Origin: Malacoraja senta
Lineage: Eukaryota
Reading direction: 5' to 3'
DNA length: 64,000 nt
NCBI GenBank assembly: GCA_038087875.1
Contig: CM075997.1
Location: forward strand, 992,001 to 1,056,000
Each line of letters starts with the position of its first letter. Position 1 is the first letter of the stretch. The notes below the pieces were generated by a model that saw only the letters and a program-made list of their open reading frames with translations, searched no databases and was not told the DNA's origin. Position numbers and translations under genes: made by a program. Of the stretch, positions 11,839 to 26,920 are shown one piece after another.

Positions 11839-14800
11839 AGATGACGTCCATTTCTTTGTTCCTGTAGATAATTCATGTTCTTGCAGCAGATATTAGGGTG
11901 GGGATTACTGCAGATTGGTAGGCAATTGGCATAGCGCTGGAATTCAGATCTAGATCTTCATTACTTTAACATAAATGATAATTGATCCTTGGAAGTGGTG
12001 GTAAATTTGTTTTCTTTTGTCTGTCTTTTGGGTATTTCTGTTGGGATGCTGTGATCTCTGAAGATATTACTGATCTTTCAGATGACATGTAGCTTTTTAA
12101 ACTGAGAATCAGGCTAGGACACTTGCCTCGAGGGCAGGGTTTTGGTTGAGAAGTTTGAATTATTCGTCCAGTATATGCTCTTCCAGTTCTTAATGAAATC
12201 TGATCTTGATTCAAAATGAAACCCTTTGTTCTGGGATTCAGCATTGAAAGAGTCCAGGCAATGCAGTTATCAGCTAGTTACTGGAACCACTGTGCTTTTC
12301 CTTCTACCACTTTGTTTCTTTAAGTCACGGGTATTTTGATGGACCTTGGTCTTGGATGCCTTGCATCTTTTTCCTTGGGCCATGTAGTTTCCAAATCAAT
12401 AATGCTTTGCAGTTTGGTTAATTAACTTCTGAATTCCTTGGCCATTCTTATTAAATTAGTCCTCATGTTTTCTGGTAGAAAGCCGATCAGATGCTAATGA
12501 TAGATCTTCTAAAGCTCCAGATTCTTGAGTTTGATTGAATTGTTGACCCTTAGCTGTTGTACTTTGATTCTTGCAATTCAGTAAATTGCATTTGAGTAAA
12601 GAAAATTGGTTACTTTTTTAAACTTTTATAATTGAGTTGTGTGAACTTTTTGGAATCCTGTTTACTTTAGAGTTTGAGTACTCTAGCCTCATTTGGCTTG
12701 AGTTAGTCAGGTATAAACAATGATTTGGCAGTACACCTTGAGCTTTGGTTCAAAGGTCTTTTCTTGATCCTTTTCTGAAAGGATGAGAAAATCGTGGCTA
12801 CCTATTTAATACTTATTCTGGAAAAAAATAATGAAATGTTTTCCAGTACGGTATAGTATTATACTTTAAATAAAAAAAGGCACTTGGTGGGGCACAAACT
12901 GAAGAATGTTGCATCATTCATTTAGGTTGCAATCTTGTTAGATTGCTTAATTCCATAGAACTGATTACAGCAATGTCTAACCAGCCTGCTGTCTTTGTAC
13001 CATTGTAATCTTTGTAGCCAGATTTTTGTTGCCCAACCCTTGCCTCACTTAAGTACCTCTTTTAGAAAGAACATTGCAGACATGGGACGGTTGAGTTGGT
13101 AACACTGCATATATTGGTTAACTGAGCGTGAGGGTTAACTGGCCTCTGAAAATTGCCCCTTAATGTGGGTTAGAAAGTGGGAAAGTGTAGAACTAGTGTA
13201 AACAGGTGATTGATAGTTGGCATGGACTTGGTGGGCCGAAGGGCCTATTTCCATGCTGTATATTTTAATCAATGAACAAAGACACTTCAGAATTAGGGAA
13301 GAATGAAAGCTGCAGTAATGAGCAATACAATTACAATACAGGTAGTCAGTATCTAGGATGAGCTGAAGTCACTGTAGAAATAGATGCAATTATGACTTTT
13401 AAAAGACATTCGGACAAATATATTAAAAAGGAAGGGTTTAAAGGGTTATGGTTGGAAATGACATTGTGCTGTATTGACTTTAATGACATTAAGGTCCAAA
13501 ACTGAAAGTTGCCCAATATGTTGAGATGCATGGAATTGTGGATTTTATACTGATGCGGATTGAGAACTGGTTAAGGGCCAGGAAAAGATTTGAATAAACT
13601 AGGCCTGCATTAAGTAAAGTTTAGAATGAGGTGATCTCATTGGAACATGCAAAATTCCCACAGGGCTTGGCAAAGATATTTTGTGTGGCTGAATTGCCTA
13701 GAATCGAGTCAGTCTTGCAATAAGAGGTAAACCATTTAGGGTAGAGATGAGCAAATTTTTACTTGGATTGTGATTTATTTGACTGGGGCTATGAAGGATT
13801 CGTCATTAAGTTGCTTCAATGGGCATTCTGGAATATAGCTACATTAAGTGGAAGATGAGTTTTGATCTGATAATGAGATCGGGAATGAAGGGCCTGATGG
13901 CATAGTCCTGCTCCTGTTCTTTTGTTATGGTCAGAGTTTACTCTTGATCCAGAGGGGCTGGTTAAGGGCAAGTTTGAAACTTGTGAAATTGGTCCACCTG
14001 TATACGGGGTTGCTGTGATGTTTGCTTGTAGGTATTTCCATGGCTACATGTTCTGTCCACTCTGTGCTAAGGTGGGGAGGGGAAGACAGGTGGTGACGTT
14101 GTGGCCTAGGATGTTCAACACGTATCTATCTATGCTAATCCTATTAACTGTTAACAAGCACCTGACCCATATGACCCATAGCATGCATTGGTGATTTGAG
14201 CTTAACTAGATATTTCATTGATATTTCATTCCTGTGAGGATGCTCACAAGAGAATGTGAGGAAAAACAATGGTGTTTGATTATGAGAAGTGCAGTGATTT
14301 GACCATATTGCAGCTTAAATTTGTCTACAGTACTTTGACTTTTCTGTGTGACAAGACAATGCAGTAAAGAAACATTTTGAATTCCTCAATGTAGAATCTG
14401 GCTTCACAAAATAGTGCTAAAACTGCGTGTGAGTTTCAAAGAAACTTTCAAATATGCCTTCAGGAAATTTAGAATAAATGCTTAAAATTTTTTGTGTCTG
14501 CATTTCTAGCATAGATTAAAACCAATACATTTGCAGATGTGATATAAATGCAGGATTATCAAAATAGGATTATCAAAATTATTTAAATTATTGTTTCCTA
14601 ACACCTGCATGTTGACCAAAGTATTTGTCCTGGTGATTAACAGCTGAGATGTTAGCGTGAAACTCAATCTCGAGTTATAGTTATCTGAGTTATGGTTATC
14701 TATTTCCTTTTTCAAAAAAGGAAGTTGCATCAGAGTATTATGCCGTTAAGTCTGGAGTTTTGAACCATTTATTAAAACATAAGGAGTTATGTTCTCTCAG

Positions 14801-15625
14801 ATCTTGGAGATGCAAAACGGTTGGAGGAACTCATCAGGCAAGATCTGTAGGTGGGAAATGAAATGATGATTTGAGACACTTCTTGTATGAAATTGGGGAA
14901 GAAAGCTCAAAGAGGAGTGGGCAGAGCCTGGCAAGTGATGGGTGGATACAGGTGAGATGGGTGGGATGGTAACGAACCAACAGCATGAACTTTGAATGTT
15001 CCAATTTCAGGCAAATCCCCTTCCCTGGTGCACATCTTTCTGGATTTGATGGTATTGTCTATAACGAGAGGTTGGGCAAACTTGGATTGTTTTCTATGGA
15101 GTGTTGGAGGCTGAGGAGAGATCTGATAGCTTATAAAATGAGAGGTAGGCAGTCAATCTTTTCCCCCCAGGGTACAAATATTCGATACTGGCATTGCTTT
15201 AAGGCAAGGGGAAGAATTTTTAAAGATGTGCTGAGTATGTTTTTGTTTTACACGATGGTGTGTGCCTGGAATGGTTACAGTGGAAATGGTTATATTGGTG
15301 GGATTGAAGAGGTTTTTTAAGATGGATATATGAATATGGAGAGAGATGGATCTTGTGCAGGCAGAAATTATTAGTTTCATTTGGCATATTCGCACAGACG
15401 TGGGCTAAAGGCCTGTATCTGTTCTGCATTCTATGACATGATGGAATTTGTATTTTCTGAATTATTTAACCTGTTCTGGTCATGGATTTTGGGCAAGGAT
15501 TGCACAGGTGTCTTTTTTTTGTACAATCAGGCCTAGCAGTTTGTAGGCCAGATGATACTTAACTAAGACTTATGAATGAAACTTGAGGAAGCAGGAATAG
15601 GTTCTTCTACATTTATGATTATATG

Positions 15626-16243
15626 ATGGAGCGGGAGTGTCCCGGGGAGCTGCGCGGGGCCTGATCCACCCGCTGAACAACCGTGACGCCAACGACCGGA
15701 ACGTGCCCCGGTAGGCCTTCCAGGGGACTGTGGAGAAGCCAGGCGGCGAGGCCTCCCTGGTTCAGAGGAGCCTCAGCGGTGGTGTTGATGGGAGACTTGG
15801 TGGCAACGGGCGCCTCAGCGGCGGCATCTTGAACCTCGATGGAAACGGGCTCCTCGGCGGCAGCGGGAGCCTCGGTGGCGGTGGAATGTGAAGGGGGGGA
15901 GGGTGTGGGAAGACAACGGGGTCCTGGCATGGGGGGGGACTGGTGTGAAGAGCAATGGCGGACCTGGCGTGGGGGTACCGCCGTGAAGGACGGTGGGAGA
16001 ACAAAGGGGGACCCGGTGTGGGGGAGGGGGGGGCAATCTAGTTTTAGAATCCTCTGCCCAGGGGATGAGCCTGCGTTCGTTCGTTTGTTTGTTTGTTGTT
16101 CGTTCCGGTTTAGGCGCTGTGCACAGGGCAGCTAGCCAATAGTCGTTTGTCTTTTTTAAAAACTTTTAATTTCAAGTTTTTGTATACCTTGTGTGTTGTG
16201 CCTTATTTCCTTCCGGGGATGAATAACGTTTTATCGTATCGTA
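15626..16243 (+). mobile_element. CpG-rich retroposon-like insertion (unclassified)
   Basis: GC-rich body, T-rich 3' part, ends AATAACGTTTT(ATCGT)n. Confidence 0.5.
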
Positions 16244-17879
16244 TGCATGTTTCCAAAAGTAATCTTGTTTTTTGTTTGCATGTTATTAATTGTATTAGAT
16301 GGTCAATGGGTTGAGTATCACATTATAAGAATTTAAGATACTGTAGTTTTGGAAAAATGTTAAAATAACTACATTGTGATTGAGTGTCTGTCTTGTTTTC
16401 ATTGTTGCACTAGTAGCTTTGACAAAACTTAGAAGTTTTACAATCAACTCTTTTTTGGTTCAGCTCTGTTCCTTTAAACTTAAAATGGTATTTGCATTTT
16501 GCCATAAAGGTAAAAGCAGAAAACTGCATCCATTAATAGTCTTAATTGTAAAGGATAATCGTTACTCCTGTCTCCATTTTCTCTTTCCTGCCAAAATAAC
16601 CTGCCTTTGGACTTGAGTGCACTTTGTTTGCTTTTGAGATTATTATCATGGCATTGTTAAACTACAGGGTTTATCAAGATTAAATTGATCTTTATTCAAT
16701 TTAAAGATGTTGGTTTGTAATATTTGGGTATTGTCTTCTGATTCAATTGGAGAACCAGAATTAAGTTGGTGTATATTCTCCCTCACACTTTTCCTGGCAC
16801 TGTGCCAGATTGATGCCAAGACACCAGTTATTATACTGTGTGCCAAGCAGAAAATAATGCAAACTGAGGGAATACATCTTTATTTCTGAGACAAATGAAT
16901 GCATCATATAGTTGAAAGCTAAAATATATACAAGATATCTCTGCCAAGACCATTGAAATGTTCCCTGCTACTCCAGTGCGGCCTGTCACCTTTTGTATGT
17001 ACGACATCTTCTGAATTACAGCCAGAGGCACAGAGGAGCTATTAACAGAATTTCCCACTAAATGCCTCAAATTTTTCTCCCTTAATAGGCCATGTTTGCT
17101 GCTTAGCAGTAGTTACTCTGTTAGCATGCAGACTTTCTGCAATCTTTACCACAGGGTATAAAGATTTTTCTTTCAGTATAGGGGAGGGGATATTTTTCCC
17201 ATTATTTGATTGACTAATTTATAAAACATAGTTTGGGTTTATAGTCTTGGGTATCATTGGAAATCAGTTACATTCTTTGAAGAATCTTGCTCTGGCTTGT
17301 TCAAAGGTTTATGCAGAGCTAAATGGTATGCAGTCCATTATTTATTTTTTCCACGCTGAGTTGACATGCCTGTTTAATTTGAATCAAAGCATTGGACAGT
17401 TCCCATAAAATGACTAAAATATACTATTTTTTAAATTACTGACTAGAGCAGGTCAGGATGGAATTATGGTATGCATTGACTTTTGTATCATGAAACTGCA
17501 ATAGGTAGCTTTGTAGCTGATGCCTAAGCCATAATTGTTGCACCCTACGTGACTAGTTTGCGTCACATAGGGTGCAATGAAATTCCTTGTTCACATGAAG
17601 CTCAATTGGTAAACAGAATAATAATTAATCCATTGGGAGCTGTGGTGCAATGCAATGTAAAGTAGTGGAAAAAAATTAAAGTACTATAATGGTTTAAATG
17701 AATAAAGCAGTGTTTAGATTAGCAACACTTCCAGGAAGAGGCTGTGAAAAAAAGATGTTTGATTCAAATATCTGATAGCAGTGGGGAAGAAACTGTTTTC
17801 AAGTCTAGACACCTGAGCTTTCAAGCTCCTCAATCATCTCCCGGAAGGCAGAAAGAAAAAGGAATGGGTTAAAACTATT

Positions 17880-18350
17880 AACTGGCATGACATCAACAGT
17901 CTCAACTTTTCCACTCCCTTTACCTACTCTAACCCCCCCCCCCCCCCCCTTCTGAATGTACAGCCCTCTGCTCACTCTGCAGCAACCCCAACATTATTAT
18001 CAAGATAAAGACAAAGATGTCTGAAGAAGGGTTTCGGACCGAAACGTTGCCTATTTCCTTCGCTCCATAGATGCTGCCTCACCCGCTGAGTTTCTCCAGC
18101 ATTTTTGTCTACCTTCGATTTTCCAGCATCTGCAGTTCCTTCTTAAACATTATTATCAAAGCTGTCAACAAGGAAGGTGCCGTGGTAGTCTGGTGAGCTA
18201 ACCTCGACTTCGCTGAGGCCAAATGCCACCTCTCTGACACCTGCTTATCCTTGGACCATGACCTCACAGATGAGCACCAGCCCATAATCTCAGACCATTT
18301 CTGATTTTATCACTTCCGGCTGTCTGCCCTCCACAGTCTCCAACCTTAAT
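17880..18350 (+). mobile_element. Old Penelope-like RT fragment (DKG region) interrupted by a younger hammerhead insertion at about 18021-18145
   Basis: Removing the insert and one copy of AACATTATTATCAA restores LCSNPNIIIKAVNKEGAVVVW (resembles IIKPADKGGAVVVW). Confidence 0.7.
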
Positions 18351-21061
18351 AGTTTTAACGAAGAAAAGGGAATGGCCAAAATGGAGGCACCCAGTCACTT
18401 TGATGCAACACACTGTGAAGATTGATTGGATGGAAGGAAATGATGTGCTTGTGGTGGACTGGGCTGTGTTCATCATTCTCTGCAGGTTCAGTCAATCAAG
18501 AGCAGATGTCATACGAGGCTGTATCCCGTCAAAATTTTTAGTATAGCGCGTCTGTAAGTGTTTTTCAGACATTCCTCGTGGGCATGCCAAATCTTCTCGG
18601 ATGCCTAAGAAAGCAAGTATGATGATGTACTTTCTTGATCACTGCATCAGTGTGAAGGGGCCAGGTTAGATTATTGGTGATATGGATAGTTGGGTATTTG
18701 AAGCTGTTGACCATCTCTACAGCAACTTGGTTGAAGAGGATGTGATTGTGTTCACCCTCTCGCTTCCTTGGGTCAACAACCAATTATTTTGTCTTGCTGA
18801 CATTGCAGGGTTAGGTTGTTCTGACACGTGTACAAGATTCAAAATCTCTTTCCTGTACTTTGACTCATTGTTGATCCATCTGATGGCAGCATTATCATTG
18901 GCAGACACAAAGATAAAATTTTAACACAAAATTGGATTAATTCAGAGGGTCGGGCAACCTCTGTGGAGAAAATGGATTGGTGCTGTTTCAGTCTCTTTGG
19001 ACTCCTTAGTGAAGGATGTTGAACTGTAATATTGGCTATCCATTCCTTTCACAATGCTACATGACCTGATTTACTCCACTATTTTATTTTGCGCAGGATT
19101 CCAGCATCTGCAGTTCCATATATCTCTTAAGATTGAAGAAGGGTCTCGACCCGAAACGTCACCTATTCCTTCGCTCCACAGATGCTGCCTCACCTGCTGT
19201 TTCTCCAGCATTTTTGTCTACCTTCTCAAGATTGAGCTGTTTTTGTACTTGGCCACACAGTTAGAGTTGTAGATGGAGCTGAGCACAACGCTGAGAGATT
19301 TGAGGGTCAGAATGGAGGAAATTTTATTATCTGATTCCAACGGATTGAAGTTTGTCAGTCAGGAAGTCCAGAGGCCAGTTGCAGATAGAAGTCCCAAGGC
19401 CTAAACTAAAGTTTAGGGATGAACTTATTTAGTGTTATGGTGTTGAAGGCTGAGCTTTTACCAATCAATAGCATCCTGAATTTGCTTAGTGGAAGTCATC
19501 ATCGATGATGACTGAGCGTCAGTTTGTGCTGTCTCAAGCTATTTGACGACCAAATATAATTCTTTGAGTGCCACCTTGGCAGGGGATTGGTTGAAATGTG
19601 GACTGCTGTCAAAATGGTAGTGATGAATTTCCTCAATAGGCAAAAGGGATGGCATTTTATGAACAAGTATTCAAAGTCAAGGGAGCAGAGTTTAGAGTTT
19701 CTCAACAGCGTACTACAAGGCATTAACCAAAAAGCAGATGCCATCATCATTCATCCTGCTTGTGGTATCTGTATAATCCATATGATGACTGGAGAAAAGT
19801 TAGGGTTATGTAGCAGGGTCAGGGGTGAGCCATCTTTCAGCGAAACAAAGTACACAGCAGTCCCTGTTCTCCATTTGAAACGGGAGCCTTGCTCCAAATT
19901 CTTCAAGTCCAACAGTTACATTCTCCAGTGATAACCCTGAAGAACTGGCAGTGGTGGTAACAGGTACAGAGATTCTGGCAGGTGAATTCCAATGCAAAAT
20001 ATGTATTTCCAGTCATGTCTGAAGTTTGGCATGATCTTGTATGATATCTGTTCTCTGTATGGAAGTAATTCTACAGCATAGAATTTTCCAACATTTTAAT
20101 TGGGAGAATACTGCTTGCATGTTAACCAATCTGAATTGAGCATGTGGTAAATGTGAATTAAATGTGAACATGTGAATTAAACTGGTATGCCTTTATGACC
20201 ATTCAAAATAACTAGTGACCTCTGCCAAGATTTTGTAATAATAGAACATAGCAGTAGTAAATCTTGAGCAGTTTCAACAGAAGGGTGTGCAACGATCATT
20301 GTGAATAGTAAATATGAAATGATACCGTTACAAATTCCAAATGGTGTTTCCCAAGACTGCATTAAAAACTACACAACTTCACAATGCGTCTAGAAAATGG
20401 ACCAAGAATAAATCTACACATTAAAAATGTGAATGTTTTTCCCCACTTCAGAAAGCTGCTTGTTACAGACAGCTGAGTAGAATTTCATGTTTGTTGGATC
20501 CTTTAAGAAAAGGGACAAGGTGTAAACAAAGATGATTGTTCTAATGTTTTTCTTTCTCCCCTCCCATCTCCTTTGTATTTATAATAGAGCTCTATTCTTA
20601 ATTCCCGTTTCCAGTGCACCTTTTTAAACTAATAATGGTACAAGTTAGGCATAGAAACTTGGATATTGGCTTTCTCCAAGGCTCAGCGAATAGCTAAATT
20701 CTGCAATCAATCTCGGTGTGCACTGGAAGTAGTGGATAACCAGTTGATATCAAACTTGGATGTCTGTTTTCCTAGGGTGGTGTTGGCAGATTGAATTTAA
20801 AAAAGTAAAGAAGCTGACCTTTTCATCTCTGGCTTGTTGCCAGACTGAGTAGCTCACCAAGAGCTTTTAGGGCATATGCTGAATGGATTTTTTTTTTTTG
20901 GCTGGAATCATGAACAGCGGTACACATTTGATTTGAAAGTTGTGCAGATAGCTGATTGGAAAGTATGCTTCTAATCTGTAGCTTCCAGACAGTATGGACA
21001 AGAATCTGCGCTATATTTAGAATTTGGTAACCCATTCACAATAACCTAAATTAACCTGGTC

Positions 21062-21592
21062 GTCAAGAGTCAAGAGTTTATTGTCATGTGTCCCAGATAG
21101 GACAATGAAATTCTCATGCACACGCACACATAAATAATTAATTAAATAAACAGATAAAGTGCAAAGGCTGTTATAGTTCAGAGTTTGTTTGAAGTTGTGT
21201 TTAATAGTCTGATGGCTGCGGGGAAGGAGCTGTTCCTGAACCTGGATATTGCAGATTTCAGGCTCCTGTACCTTCTACCTGATGGCAGTGGAGAGATGAG
21301 TGTGTGGCCAGGATAGTGTGGGTCCTTGATGATGCTGGCAGCCTTTTTGAGGCAGTGACTGCGATAGATCCCCTCGATGGTAGGGAGGTCAGAGCCGATG
21401 ATAGACTGGGCAGTGTTTACAACTTTTTGCAGCCTTTTCCGCTCCTGGACGCTCAGGTTGCCGTACCAAGCCACGATGCAACCGGTCAGCATGCTCTCTA
21501 CTGTGCACCTGTAGAAGTTCGAGAGAGTCCTCCTTGACAAACCAACTCTCCGTAATCTTCTCAGGAAGTAGAGGCGCTGATGTGCTTTCTTT
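21062..21592 (-). mobile_element. Rex1/Babar-like LINE 3' fragment
   Basis: ORF 21178-21540 LSNFYRCTVESMLTGCIVAWYGN...LPSGRRYRS...RFRNSSFPAAIRLLN, with a (CTCTTGA)n tail. Confidence 0.85.
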
Positions 21593-24500
21593 ATGCTATT
21601 GTGTCTTTATGGTTTGTTTCTGAAGTTCAACTGGTTATTTTCAAAATTACTATTGTATATTAATCTTGTTCAAATTAGACTTGAACAACTTTAGGAAAAT
21701 CTTGTCCTCATGAGTACCTGGGGTAACAGTTCCATAAACATTTGTAGCTTTTGATGATGTTCCTGGTCAGGTTACTCGTCAAGAGCATCTTTCTTGCGAT
21801 CTATAGGATGGGGATGGAGGAATGTTCATGAGTACTACAAATTGCAACTGTAAATTCTTGATCTATATTTTTACAGAATAACAGGCCCCCAGCCCAGTAG
21901 GTTTGTGCCAAACATGGTGCCTAATTAAACTACTCACTTCTGTCTGCACGTGATCCAAAGTCCTCCATTCCCAGCATTTTCACATGCTTATCTAAAAGCA
22001 GCCTCACTTGTATCGGCGCAATTGTATCGGCAGCATGTTCCATGCACCTGCCACTGTGCATAGGAAAAAAACTTGCCCTACACATCTCCTTTAAATATTT
22101 GCCCCCTTACCTTAAAGCTGTAGTCGTTTACAGCAATATTTAGTTAGTACAATCTGTCTTGTTGAATACCTAATTGGTTTAACATATTTTTCATGCCGAG
22201 TGGTATTTACAAAAAAAACTAGAGTGTTTTAGTTACATGTTCCTTCCCCATCTGCATGTGAATGTTTTCAGAGGCAGCCTGTGGCATGTCATGAAACCAT
22301 TTATTGCAGTTGGTTTTTATTTTGTGGTTAAGATGCGCTTACCTTTGAACTCCTGCTCCATGACTAAGTTGATCTAGAAGTGCAGCAAGTTGTGCTTATG
22401 CCATGTTCAGAATTATAAAAATGCTAATTATAAACCATAGTTCTGATTCCTGCCTGAGATTTGTGCAAATATGTGATCAAAGGTGGGACTATAATCTACC
22501 ATGATTGCTGTTGTCTACCATCACAGGTTTGAAACATATTGTCTCGGGTAGAAAAATAGTCAACAGCAAATATGGAAGAATATGCCTATTGTTAATGAAA
22601 GCCTTTACAGTGGTACAAGAGATTTGTTCTTGCCCATTTCTGTGTGAAACATGTTTTGTAGACTTTGCATTGACTACTTTGTAAGAAGACCAAAGGAAAT
22701 ATTTTAAGAGCATGTCATTATTGAATGTTTTGAAATATGATATTCTTGAGCCTTGGATCTGTGTGGTTACCAAGAAATGGTTTTAGTGTGCCTGTTTGCG
22801 TCGCCTGTGTGTGCATTACTTTTAAATGCCAGTCAATTAAATAAATGCATTGGATATTCAAATTTGAACATTTCTGCAGCTAATTGACAGTTTTGTTCTG
22901 GATTCATTTCAAAACAACAGTGTTAAAGACTAAATTCTGTATTAGAATAGATTATAATTTAGGGTAAAGGAACTGTTTAGAGTTAGCTTGATTGAAATGG
23001 GAAAAAAAGGCCATTGGTGCAAATTTTGCAAACCAATAGAACTTGATTTTTTTGGTACTTAAATAAAACATGCTATCTTGGTAGTTGGTATGATTTTTAG
23101 TATTTCAAAGGAGACTAAAAGCTGCATTAATATGTTAATTTAAGCATTTGGGGAACTTTTGGGACCAAGGAGGTAATCCCACAAAATGTGATCTATTTTA
23201 AATTTGGCTTCCATTCCCTTGTACGGCTAGGTATCATAGCATTGATGTTATGCACTAGCCCCAATTAAGACTACTTAATTATCCTCTGCACCCCTCTTAA
23301 TGCACACTCTAGGTGCAGTCATGCACAGATATGGTGTTGTCCTCCAATACATCGGTAGCTAATAGGTTTCTTGGAGACACAAGAGATGTAAATGATGAAA
23401 TCCTCAACAACAAAAAATAGAGAAACTGGAACAGGCAGCATGTCATTTTGGGTGTGAACTCTTCCAATTTGGAGTAAAGAGGAGGTGAGGGGAAGGTCCT
23501 CTAAATTTCCCCCACTCCCCTGTTCCTGTCTACTAGCTATCATTCCCTCTAGTTCTACATTTTGCTCCACATCTTCCACCTTTTGTCTTCTGCATTTATT
23601 ACCTGCATCCTTGGTTATCCTCTACTCCTTTCTCACCACATGACTGATCTGCTAATTAACTGCTCATGTGGATCTCTTGCCCCAACCCTTCCCTTCACCG
23701 TTCCACCTTCTATCTCCCCTCTGACCCTTTTAAAAGTTTAAGGCTTTGATCTTAGCTGGGTTATCCTACTTTATCATGCTTGGATTTCTGTTGTGCTTCT
23801 GAACTCAAATTGCTTGCTTCCATCATTTGCCAGTATGCAACGGGATACTGTCAATTTATGGCAAAGAAGAATTGGCAATGTATCCCTTCCCTCTGGCATT
23901 ATACATTGCCTGCCATGCAATAGAAGTAATGATATAAATGTACAGTAGGGATTTGTTTCTGTTTTTTTTTTCTAAATCCAACAGTATGCCAAGCAGTAGT
24001 TCTTGGGTATATTTGTGCGATGTTTTGAATGTAATAATAGGCTGGATATACTGGGGGTGGGGGGGGGGGCTTATTTTCCATTTTGTGTAGGCTGCAAACA
24101 ACAAAACTCGATTGTATCGTTCATGCATTTCTTGCATCAGAAGTGTTCGTAACCTCAGATTGTGTTAGCATATTTTGCTATCAATTAAGTATCATTTCAA
24201 CTGTGGGCTTGTATTGTAGGAAATGGATAATTTGGAAGCATTGAGGTTCAATAAACATTGTGATGAACAGATAATCCATTTCATATCATGTTGGGTAAAA
24301 TATAAACACAGGACAGCTTCTAAATTTTCTAAATTTGTCACATCTAGTTATAATTCCACTAAACCAGCATATTTGGTGAGCACATTTCGTATCGTATCAT
24401 TGCAATCGGGTGCCTGAGGTTTAAGATGGAACTGCAGATGCTGGAAAATCGAAGGTAGGCAAAAATGCTGGAGAAACTCAGCGGGTGAGGCAGCATCTAT

Positions 24501-26418
24501 GGAGCGAAGGAAATAGGCAACGTTTCGGGTCGAAACCCTTCAGACTGAAGAAGTCTTCCCATTACTTCTCCACCCTATCATACTCATAAAATTTGTTCCT
24601 TTTTCAAAGATGACAATTTATTTTATTACCAGGGATTTTAAAAATGGCATTGAAAATCCATATTTTCCACAAAACTATTCAGCTGTTCATATTTTCCCAC
24701 CTTGGGATTTTTCGTTGTTGGAGGAAGGAATGTACAGATGAGTAATATTGTTTGTACATATAATAATTCTATCTGATCTTTAATTTACTCAGTGTTTATT
24801 ATGGGAGCAAGATCACTTGGAGATAGTGATTATTTAAAGGAACCAGTACTGATAAACCTTTAGCAAATGAGGGATTTTTATTATTGAAATAACTCCACTA
24901 ATTTGTATTCCCTAATGTTTCCTGCTTGAGTCATAATTTAGGAGTGAATTATTCTTCACCCAAGATCATAATTATAATATGCTGTACTTGTTTGAGAGCT
25001 CTTACTAAACCATATGCTCTGACTTTTGAGGTAGCTGTAGTTATTTGCTATGTAGGTTAACCACATCAGATTTGTATTTATTTAAGCAGTGATGCTTGTC
25101 TAAGAATACATTAAAACTATTTAAACTATTTAAACTGGAATTCAATTTTACTCTAGTTCAATTCACATGCAGAAATGCTAGGATTGTCATGGGTTATGTG
25201 AAGAATTTGTCATTTCTAAACAAAGGCAACAGTGACCTTTCCCAGAAAGATTTGTTTACATTATTGTATATAATCACTATTTTAACTTATTATTTGTAGC
25301 AATCTACCATATTTCAAACCTAATGTCCTTATGGCAGTGCTTCTGTAAAATGATTCTTGTAAAGTTGGGTCAACCTTAGTTTAATAAATGCTGCTGAGGA
25401 ACTTTTTCATTTGCTTTGCTCAATGTCTGATGCCTGTTAATTGATTTGCAGCACTTGAGGCAAGGATTTAAGTCTAACTCTGACCACGTGCACGATAAAG
25501 CATTTTCTTTATGTTTTGGATTTTACTTGTAATTCAGTGGTTAAAAGGTTTCCTTGTCATGGTACAGTAAGCTATGGAGGCATTGCAGTACACTGTATTG
25601 AAGTTAGTGATCTGAAATGTTTGAGCAGCCTACTAGTAATCCTGTTCAACCCCACTAGCCTAATAAAATGGCTGCACAGCAGCTACTTCTGGTATGACAC
25701 ACCTAGCTTATGTAATACTCCGTTCAGAATCTGAGCAGCTTAACCTTATAAGGTAATCTTGTTGAAGCATTACCTGGGGGAGTGGCTTTTGTTGGGACAG
25801 CATTATCTGCATTGCTGAATCTGAGTCAGCTGTGAAATCATACTACTGAAATGTGACTACATTTTATTCCATTCAAACTGTTCAGAGGTTCTACAAAGGA
25901 GACATTGAAAATGGATGGTTGGACAAGACGTTGATACTGGACAGTTTACAAGTACACATTGCTATGGAATTAATAATCTACCATCAACAAAATCTAGTTT
26001 TTACAAATACTTGTCAGTAAATGTACATACTTTGTGCATGTAGTCAGTTTGTATAATTAAGGAAAAAACTAGGTAAGAAAGTGAATTTTTTTGAGGCAGT
26101 GGAAAAACCATTGAGCAATGGATTATGATTTAATTGAAGATTTTTGACCCTCCCCATTGGACCTTGCTTGGTTTAACTGGAATTCAAGCATGTGATTACT
26201 TCTAGGCTAGCACAGTAGAAACAATGAATTTGGAAGCTAACTTCTATTTGAATTTTAACCTGAGATTACTAGATGTTTTGAGTTAAAATATGGCCTGAGC
26301 ATTCTTGAAATGGATTGAGGGTGAGAGACTAGGTGTGACAGGAATAGGATTATGGCCACAGGCACAATCTATCACAGAAGTGGGGTAGATAAGTGGATAG
26401 TGCTAGGAATTATCTTGA

Positions 26419-26517
26419 GAAATTAGTCTGAAGAAAGTCTCGACCCGAAACGTCGCCTATTCCTTCGCTCCATAGATGCTGCCTCGCCCACTGAGTTTCT
26501 CCAGCATTTTTGTCTAC
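26419..26517 (+). mobile_element. Short hammerhead-bearing Penelope-derived insertion
   Basis: Core at 26428; 16-bp duplication CTAGGAATTATCTTGA at 26403-26418 and 26518-26533. Confidence 0.85.
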
Positions 26518-26719
26518 CTAGGAATTATCTTGAAGTCTGTTTTACAGGACTTGCACAAAGCCCCTATATTAAATCTTTGAATACTGGAAGTGGTTTCTTT
26601 GGGATTTGTAACCTGTTTGAAAGTTTAAATTGGGGAGAGATGAGGATGGAAAGAACTTCGCAGTTTTGCTGGTTGAAGTGACATTCAAAGAAAACTATTT
26701 TCAATACAAGAATGAGTGA

Positions 26720-26920
26720 GGGGTAGACTCAATGCTGGAGTAACTCAGCGGGACAGGCAGCATCTATGGAGAGAAGGAATGGAGTCTTCAGTCTGAAGAA
26801 GGGTCTCGACCTGAAACGTCACCCATTCCTTCTCTCCAGAGATGCTGCCTGTCCTGCTGAGTTACTCAAGCATTGTCTACCTTTGATTTAAAACAGCATC
26901 TGCAGTTCTTTCCTACACAA
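26720..26920. mobile_element. Palindromic hammerhead-bearing Penelope-derived insertion
   Basis: Minus arm GCTGGAGTAACTCAGCGGGACAGGCAGCATCT, then plus arm with core at 26793. Confidence 0.8.
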
